Source of the DNA: Gemmatimonadota bacterium
GTDB lineage: Bacteria > JAAXHH01
DNA: 64,000 nt
Direction: 5' to 3'
Assembly: GCA_026705925.1 (NCBI GenBank)
Contig: JAPOZT010000011.1
Span: 212,857-276,856 of the forward strand
Shown here: positions 27,809 through 34,260 of the stretch, one piece after another
Numbering within the stretch: position 1 is the stretch's first letter
How the letters are laid out: every line of letters starts with the position of its first letter
The notes under the pieces: model-generated
Databases searched by the model: none
Told to the model about the DNA's origin: nothing
Seen by the model: only the letters and a program-made list of their open reading frames with translations
Translations under genes and position numbers: made by a program

Positions 27809-30019
27809 ATGGATAAAGACGTACAGACTTCTATGAGATTCGACAGAGTTGCTGAAACGAATTCTAATAGTGAGTTCGACGGTAATAATGGCCCTTGGTT
27901 TGGTTTGAGTTTGCATCATCGCCGGCTGTTAGATTCCCTTCAAGACGGCTGGTTGCGTCCTCCTGGCGAAAAGACCGGTCTGATATTAGGTAACTCAGCG
28001 TTCGTTAGCGAGCAGTTTGAGACGGGGAAACACACTATCATAGTTCAATTGAAGTTCGTTGCAGATAAACTTCCTAGCCTCGATGTGTTCGTCCTGCGTG
28101 GTGAACGTTGGTTTCCTTGCAAGCTAATGGAAATTGAATCATCTGATCATACTGTTTATTGGCCGGGTTCCCTCCCTACTTTCGCAGTTTCTGCCTTGTA
28201 TGTTAAAAACGATCAGGAACGTATACGGCTCAGTACCTTAGCCCGTCAGTTTTCAAACTTGTCTCTACCCATAGACGTAACAGTCAACACTACAGAATCC
28301 ATTTCACCACAACACCAACACGAACCCCCAGAATCGAATAGAAGGATCGACATCCCGCACGATGAGGATGCGATCCGCGGTGCCATGAGCATGGCTGTGT
28401 GGGCTGTACCTAAAACCGACCCATGGTTGGAACTACTAGTGACAAGTCTGTCCTTTGATAATAAAAAGACCACTAAATCGGCTGCCAACGTGGAGGCGAA
28501 TTGGTGGAGAGTTCCACCATGGAGTGATTGGCCCAACAATGTCAAAATTAAAGATCTTCAGGATGGTTTTTGGCGGTCTGCAATTGAAGTCTTCAGTGAA
28601 CATTCTGGACAAAGTGGTGTTAGTCCGTACGTACTCGCCGAGAAAATCAAATCTAAGGCTGATAGTGCTTACTGTACCGACTACTCGTCGACTGATACCT
28701 CTGCGTGGCTAGACAATACAAACCAAATACTTCGAGCGGATTCTGTTTTTAGTGTAATAAACTGGCAACATAATCCTGTTGGGAAGGCTATCCAACTAGT
28801 ACTGACACGTCCCGAGCCAGACAACTTCAAGACCTGGCGTCGAGATATACACGACCTTCCCCCGATAGTGTGGTGGTCTGCAGCTGTTCTGTGTGGACTC
28901 AAACATGGTTACAAGAGGTTGAATCTGTGTTTTCGAGGTGAAGTACCACTCCAAGAGGCACTTACAATACATGCATTGCAGTCATGTAATTTGTCCTTGA
29001 AAAACATGAAATGGCCATCTTTGACAGGTGATCCAAATTGGCGCAGGAATGGAGATGGATTTGAACTGCTTTGGGGAAACGCGGTTATTGCACAAAAACA
29101 AGGAAATGCACGTAGCCGATGGTATGTAGCTGACTTCAAAAAAGATCTGATCCGGTCTAGCGCAGTGACATTAGCGAAGGAATTGAATTGGACTTGTCTA
29201 CGCCAAACACTCCAGCTTAAGTCTGGTCAGATTGCCTATTCTGGTACAGGCGAAATCGAGATCCGAGACCATAGACTCGCTATTCATGGAGAAATAACCT
29301 TGGAAATGCCATCGAACGTGGACATTCGCTCTGAATTGGATGTCGAATCCTTTCGTCATCTAGTCGCGGTGTCTGCCGGACAGCTTCCAGATCCGCCACA
29401 GGTAGTCGCTCAGGTATCTATATCAAAAAACCACATCATCACCGGACTCAATTACGTACCAGATTTTGTAAGTGAGACCGAAGAAGCAGAACTCGTCGCG
29501 AAAATAGATTCGAACGTATGGCTAACTGATATAAAAAGGCGCGTACAACATTATGGTTGGCGATACGATTATGCTAATCGGCAGGTAAATCCAGCTATGC
29601 GTATTGACGATCTGCCAGATTGGGCTATTGAAATCGCCCATCGACTAGTTGATCAGAAGCTTGTCAAACAGATGCCGGATCAGTTGATAGTCAATGAATA
29701 CAAAGGCAGCCAAGGAATTGGTAGGCACATTGACAGTGAACCGTACTTTGCCGATAACATTGCCATGATCAGCTTACTTGAATCTTGGGAGATGGTTTTT
29801 CGACAGAAATCCAACAGTAAAATCAAGCATAATATAATGTTAGACAACAGGAGCGTGGCAATTATGAGCGGGCCTGCTCGCTACCTGTGGACTCATGAAA
29901 TACCGAGCAGGAAATACGAACCGGGTCCCGAATTGCTCGATGGGAAGAGATCAAGGAAGTTACGAAAACGTCGTCTTTCGCTCACATTCAGGAAAGTACT
30001 TCACGAGATTCTTCGGTGA
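27809..30019 (+). CDS. fusion protein: N-terminal region of about 540 aa with no recognisable family, plus a C-terminal AlkB-type 2OG-Fe(II) dioxygenase domain
   Basis: The C-terminal 200 aa align motif by motif with E. coli AlkB. RRVQHYGWRYDY matches the AlkB N-terminal lid. LIVNEYKGSQGIGRHIDSEP matches the AlkB Fe-binding HxD motif. ARYLWTHEI matches the distal His. RRLSLTFRKV matches RYNLTFRQ, the 2OG-binding Arg pair. The gene starts 3 nt after the helicase stop, indicating translational coupling. Confidence 0.75.
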   Translation: MDKDVQTSMRFDRVAETNSNSEFDGNNGPWFGLSLHHRRLLDSLQDGWLRPPGEKTGLILGNSAFVSEQFETGKHTIIVQLKFVADKLPSLDVFVLRGERWFPCKLMEIESSDHTVYWPGSLPTFAVSALYVKNDQERIRLSTLARQFSNLSLPIDVTVNTTESISPQHQHEPPESNRRIDIPHDEDAIRGAMSMAVWAVPKTDPWLELLVTSLSFDNKKTTKSAANVEANWWRVPPWSDWPNNVKIKDLQDGFWRSAIEVFSEHSGQSGVSPYVLAEKIKSKADSAYCTDYSSTDTSAWLDNTNQILRADSVFSVINWQHNPVGKAIQLVLTRPEPDNFKTWRRDIHDLPPIVWWSAAVLCGLKHGYKRLNLCFRGEVPLQEALTIHALQSCNLSLKNMKWPSLTGDPNWRRNGDGFELLWGNAVIAQKQGNARSRWYVADFKKDLIRSSAVTLAKELNWTCLRQTLQLKSGQIAYSGTGEIEIRDHRLAIHGEITLEMPSNVDIRSELDVESFRHLVAVSAGQLPDPPQVVAQVSISKNHIITGLNYVPDFVSETEEAELVAKIDSNVWLTDIKRRVQHYGWRYDYANRQVNPAMRIDDLPDWAIEIAHRLVDQKLVKQMPDQLIVNEYKGSQGIGRHIDSEPYFADNIAMISLLESWEMVFRQKSNSKIKHNIMLDNRSVAIMSGPARYLWTHEIPSRKYEPGPELLDGKRSRKLRKRRLSLTFRKVLHEILR

Positions 30020-30058
30020 ATATCAAAGTACTTATCTCAGAGTAAATACGTTGTTGAG

Positions 30059-30898
30059 ATGGAGTATTGGTTGACTACACAACTGCCCCGATGGTTGGTC
30101 TCTCTCCGATCCAGCGTAGTCGTCGAGCCTGTCAGGAACGATCCCCGTACAGTTGAGCATACTGTTTTTGGTATCGATCTCAAGACTGCACAAAGAAAAG
30201 TCTTGGCTAATGGACAGGCAAACTTCGACAAGTCGTGGAACGGTCTCTCCCCACACGATCGTGCACTCGTATATGCCTACTTAAATCAACTAGGTCACCT
30301 AGAAGAACTGGTCGAGGCTTTTCGACAGCTATTTAAAGACCAAGAACCTCCTAACGAAACTATACTCATAGATATCGGTTGCGGACCATGTACAGGAGGT
30401 CTTGCATTCACCAGTGTTTATTCTAACACAGCACGATTTGATTATATCGGAGTGGATCGTTCGCAAACTATGCGAGAACTGGGTGAGCTAATGGCAGCTA
30501 CCGCTACACAAATGAATGAGGTAAATCGGCAGTGGATTGCAGACATTACATCTGCAAAATGGAACAGTGCCCCTGGCTGGCGACCGATTATTGTTGTCGT
30601 ATCGTACCTGCTAGCGAGCCCGACATTGATCCCTGGACAACTCGTTACTCAACTCGAAACTCTTCTACGGAAAATTGGCAATGGTCCGGTTACTGTACTT
30701 TATACCAACTCAAATCAACCTATCGCCAATCTTAAGTTCCCGGAGTTTAACGATTCACTAAATAAAATCGGTTTCAAGTTATATGCTGACGACGAAGGCG
30801 AGATTGTTGTCTCACGTAGGGATGGATCCACAAAACGCAATTTCAGATATGCCTTGTTCCATCGCCCTTTGAAACGAATTCTAAAGCTAGATAACTAG
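30059..30898 (+). CDS. class I SAM-dependent methyltransferase (substrate unknown)
   Basis: Motif I ILIDIGCGPCTGG (E/DxGxGxG) is followed by an acidic post-I residue (YIGVDRS). There is no (D/N)PP(Y/F) motif, so it is not a typical N6A/N4C DNA methyltransferase. The GC content is low and the gene is in an operon with the AlkB fusion. Confidence 0.7.
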   Translation: MEYWLTTQLPRWLVSLRSSVVVEPVRNDPRTVEHTVFGIDLKTAQRKVLANGQANFDKSWNGLSPHDRALVYAYLNQLGHLEELVEAFRQLFKDQEPPNETILIDIGCGPCTGGLAFTSVYSNTARFDYIGVDRSQTMRELGELMAATATQMNEVNRQWIADITSAKWNSAPGWRPIIVVVSYLLASPTLIPGQLVTQLETLLRKIGNGPVTVLYTNSNQPIANLKFPEFNDSLNKIGFKLYADDEGEIVVSRRDGSTKRNFRYALFHRPLKRILKLDN

Positions 30899-30900
30899 GT

Positions 30901-30912
30901 CCTGTATTTAAG
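30901..30912. repeat. right copy of the 12-bp direct repeat (CCTGTATTTAAG), 3 nt after the methyltransferase stop
   Basis: Read directly from the sequence, as for the left copy. Confidence 0.45.
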
Positions 30913-31050
30913 TCTCTCCTCTAGTGGAATATAGTAGCATTACGGTAGTGCTTCGGTATCTGGTTTTCTGTGTTTTCCAACACTCAACATGCAAAGTGCA
31001 ATGTCTAGCGCGGATTGGATTAATTACTCATTAACATAAGGGGTTAGATC

Positions 31051-32091
31051 ATGTTCTACCGTATAGTTTCTATACTTATATTCGTTTTGCTAGCCCCACG
31101 TTTTCACGCCCAGGAAGTCGATCCGCCCTTCGGCGATCCGGCATTCATCTCGCCCGACGCCCGCCTGGAGATGGTGTTCAATGAAGGCCTGGCCCTGACG
31201 GAGAGTCCCGCCGAGGGTCCGGACGGGATGATCTACTTCAGCGACATCACCTTCACCACGTCCGCAGGTACGGATGGCATACAGGCCGGGCACATTTGGC
31301 GCTATGACCCGAAAACGGGCGAGACCACTATTTATCGTTCGCCGAGCGGGATGTCCAACGGCCTCAAATTCGACGCCCAGGACCGGCTCATCGCCGCGGA
31401 AGGCGCCGACCAGGGCGGACGGCGGGTGACAAGGACGGATATGGAGACGGGGAAGGCCTACATTATCGCCCACGAATACGAAGGGCGGCCGTTCAACGCC
31501 CCGAATGACGTGGCCATCGACGAGCGGGGGCGGGTCTACTTCAGCGATCCCAAGTACATCGGCAATGAATCGGTGGAACAGCCCGTGATGGCGGTGTACC
31601 GCATCGATACCGACGGTTCGATCCACCGGATCATCACCGACGCGGGCAAGCCGAACGGCGTGGTGGTCTCTCCCGACCAGCAGACCCTCTACGTGGTCAG
31701 CAACGACAACGGTTCCATCGACCTGGGCAAGATCACCCTGGACATCCCCGTGCACAAGGGACGCATGGCCCTGCTGGCCTACGACCTGCACGAGGACGGA
31801 TCCGCCACCTTCCGGAGCGTACTCGTGGACTACCTGCCCGAGGACGGGCCCGACGGCCTGGTCGTCGACGTCGAAGGCAACCTGTACGTGTCCGAGCGCG
31901 ACGTGACCCGGCCGGGCATCGCCATACGCGCACCGGACGGGACCGAAAAGGCCTTCATCCCCACCGGCGTGCTGCCCACCAACGTGGGCTTCGGACGGGG
32001 CGAGAACAGCAAGATCCTGTACATCACCGCGGGTACAGGGCTCTACCGGATCCCCGTGATGAAGGACGGCTATCATCTTCCGCGGGAGTAA
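31051..32091 (+). CDS. SMP-30/gluconolactonase/LRE-like six-bladed beta-propeller hydrolase, secreted
   Basis: A signal peptide (MFYRIVSILIFVLLAPRFHA) is present. Repeated motifs include GPDGMIYFSD, PNDVAIDERGRVYFSDP, PNGVVVSPD and GPDGLVVDVEGNLYVSE, which are typical of gluconolactonase/regucalcin. Confidence 0.75.
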   Translation: MFYRIVSILIFVLLAPRFHAQEVDPPFGDPAFISPDARLEMVFNEGLALTESPAEGPDGMIYFSDITFTTSAGTDGIQAGHIWRYDPKTGETTIYRSPSGMSNGLKFDAQDRLIAAEGADQGGRRVTRTDMETGKAYIIAHEYEGRPFNAPNDVAIDERGRVYFSDPKYIGNESVEQPVMAVYRIDTDGSIHRIITDAGKPNGVVVSPDQQTLYVVSNDNGSIDLGKITLDIPVHKGRMALLAYDLHEDGSATFRSVLVDYLPEDGPDGLVVDVEGNLYVSERDVTRPGIAIRAPDGTEKAFIPTGVLPTNVGFGRGENSKILYITAGTGLYRIPVMKDGYHLPRE

Positions 32092-32124
32092 ATGCGCAAC
32101 CCTCGCCCCACGCTGCCATAACCC

Positions 32125-33831
32125 ATGTCTTTTCTAGACTGGACCATCGTCTTTCTCGTCAACGGCGGCATCGTCCTGTACGGCCTGCTGGCGTTCCGGG
32201 AGAAGGGCGAAAGCTTCGACTGGTACCTGGCGGCCAAGTCCATGCCCTGGTGGGCCATCGGCCTGTCCGCCTTCGGCACCGCCGTGGACAGCGGCGACTA
32301 CGTGGCCATCGCCGGCGGCTCGTACCAGTTCGGCCTTTCCCAGCTGTCGCAGTGGTGGCTCGGGATCGCCATCGGCTGGTTCGTGCTTGCCTTTTTCGTC
32401 ATCCTGCCCATGTACCGGTCGGGCGTATTCACCAACGCCGAGTGGCTCGAGTTCCGCTTCGGGCCGTCCGTCCGCATCATGGCGGTCCTCATCAACATCC
32501 AGTCCCGCACCAACGTCCTCGCCAACATCTTCTTCTCCATGTACCTGGTGCTGAGCGTCCTCGCCGGGTTCTCCACGACCGCCAGCTGGTTCGTCGTGGT
32601 AGCGGTGGCCGCGTCCGCGACCCTCTACGTGGTCCGCGGCGGCCTGCAGGCAGGGGTGTTTACCGACGCCGTCCAGGGCGTGGCCATGATCATCGGATCC
32701 TTCGTGCTCTGGATCGTAGTCTGGGTCCGGGGCGGCGGATGGTCGGGGCTGAACGAGCGCCTGGCCGCCGTGGACCCCGGACTGCCCGACGTGATGCTCC
32801 ACGTGGGCGGTTACGCGCCGCCCGGCGTCCCCGCGGCGGTGGTCATCCTCAGCTTCATCGTCGTGCTGACCATGTATGCCGTCATCAACCAGTACGAGGC
32901 GATCCGGTTCCTCGGTGCCCGGTCGGAGTGGGATTTCAAGATGGCCGCGGTGGTGGCCAGCACGGCCACGGCCGTGTGCCTCTGGTTCAACATCACCATG
33001 GGCCCCATGGCCCGGGCGGATTTCCCCGCCCTGGAAACCATCGACCAGGCCTATCCACTGATGATCCAGGCCTACCTGCCCCACGGACTGATCGGGATCG
33101 TCGTGGCGGGGCTCATCGCCGGTGGCTATTCCACCTTCGACTCCATCGGCATTGGCATATCGAGCCTCTTCGTCCGTGACATCTACGCCCGGTTCATCGT
33201 GAAACGCGCGTCGGACGCCCACTATACCCGCGTGGGCCGTATCACCGCCCCCTTCATCATGGCCCTGGGCTTCGCCTACGTGCCCTTCATCCAGGAGGGC
33301 ATGCTGGCCTTCTACCTCCGCCTGGCCGGCGCCATCGCCGTGCCGCTCATGACGGTCATCCTCATGGGCGTCTTCACCCGCGTCCACCGCTCGACCGGCA
33401 TCGTGGGCCTGCTCGTCGGGCTGACCTACGGCGTGACGGCCATTTTGGGCGAAAGCCTGGAATGGGGACTGCCGGTCTGGTACACCAACACCTGGTGGAC
33501 CTACCTGTGGAACATCGTGCTGCCCGCCGGCGGCATGCTGGTCGCTTCGGCGCTGATCACGCTTCGGAGCGGTCCCATGTCCGACGAGGCCCTGGAAGGA
33601 CTCGTCTACGCGCGGGAGAACGACATCCCCTCGGTGCGCAATCGCATGGCCCACCGGCTGAAGGCCCTCGAAGGCACCTGGCTGCAGAAGACCCTGGCCG
33701 AGATGCCGGTTCGGGGGGCCTATCCCTTCAAGCTGCCGCCCGGGGGCTTGCCGCTGTTCCGCCGGCCCGGGGTGCTGGCCCTGGGTTACCTGGCCATCGC
33801 GTCGGGCTTGCTGTTCGGGGTGCTTTGGTAA
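32125..33831 (+). CDS. sodium:solute symporter family (SSF) transporter
   Basis: The 568-aa protein has about 13-14 TM segments and SSF-like N-terminal organisation. It lies 33 nt downstream of the gluconolactonase, suggesting an operon. Confidence 0.7.
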   Translation: MSFLDWTIVFLVNGGIVLYGLLAFREKGESFDWYLAAKSMPWWAIGLSAFGTAVDSGDYVAIAGGSYQFGLSQLSQWWLGIAIGWFVLAFFVILPMYRSGVFTNAEWLEFRFGPSVRIMAVLINIQSRTNVLANIFFSMYLVLSVLAGFSTTASWFVVVAVAASATLYVVRGGLQAGVFTDAVQGVAMIIGSFVLWIVVWVRGGGWSGLNERLAAVDPGLPDVMLHVGGYAPPGVPAAVVILSFIVVLTMYAVINQYEAIRFLGARSEWDFKMAAVVASTATAVCLWFNITMGPMARADFPALETIDQAYPLMIQAYLPHGLIGIVVAGLIAGGYSTFDSIGIGISSLFVRDIYARFIVKRASDAHYTRVGRITAPFIMALGFAYVPFIQEGMLAFYLRLAGAIAVPLMTVILMGVFTRVHRSTGIVGLLVGLTYGVTAILGESLEWGLPVWYTNTWWTYLWNIVLPAGGMLVASALITLRSGPMSDEALEGLVYARENDIPSVRNRMAHRLKALEGTWLQKTLAEMPVRGAYPFKLPPGGLPLFRRPGVLALGYLAIASGLLFGVLW

Positions 33832-33956
33832 GGGACCGGCGCCAACCCCGAGGCAGGATCCTTCTGGCAAGTTTCCCGGCTGTCCTTTCCTGACGATCCT
33901 TTTCCGACTATACTGTAAGCAATGTGCCCGTTCTTGAAACAACCGGCAAATTTGGC

Positions 33957-33974
33957 GGGTCTAAACTTAGACCC
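33957..33974. promoter_or_regulatory. perfect 18-bp palindrome GGGTCTAAACTTAGACCC upstream of the small ORF/ABC permease cluster
   Basis: Read directly from the sequence. The imperfect inverted repeat CGGAAATTCC...GGGATTTTCCG lies nearby at about 33981-34008. Confidence 0.45.
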
Positions 33975-34039
33975 ACTTCCGGAAATTCCATATCGGGATT
34001 TTCCGTAGTGGGGTATTCCGCCCCTTAATCAAGGAGAAC

Positions 34040-34162
34040 ATGATGAGCACATTTGGAATGACCGAGTTAATCCTGATTTTCATTGCGTTATTCTTAGCAC
34101 TGCCCATCTGGTTTACCTATAAAATTATCAGCCACAGATTACGGAATAGAAACAAACCTTGA
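34040..34162 (+). CDS. small ORF (40 aa, single predicted TM helix) missing from the ORF track
   Basis: A near-perfect Shine-Dalgarno sequence AAGGAG lies 6 nt upstream of ATGATG. The peptide is MMSTFGMTELILIFIALFLALPIWFTYKIISHRLRNRNKP. Its AT-rich codons (TTA, ATT, AAA) are atypical for the host. It is followed by the hairpin GGAATCC-N9-GGATTCC at 34163-34185. Confidence 0.45.
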   Translation: MMSTFGMTELILIFIALFLALPIWFTYKIISHRLRNRNKP

Positions 34163-34260
34163 GGAATCCATTTAAAGAGGATTCCGTATAAAACGGGCTC
34201 ATCCAGCGTTCATTTTCCAACCCTTCCGGGACAAAACCACCTCGAAACGGTTCCCCCTCA

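Noticed and set aside
32134-33942. A 602-aa minus-strand ORF overlapping the sodium:solute symporter
   Set aside because: It is an antisense shadow ORF. The plus-strand frame encodes a coherent 13-14 TM transporter.
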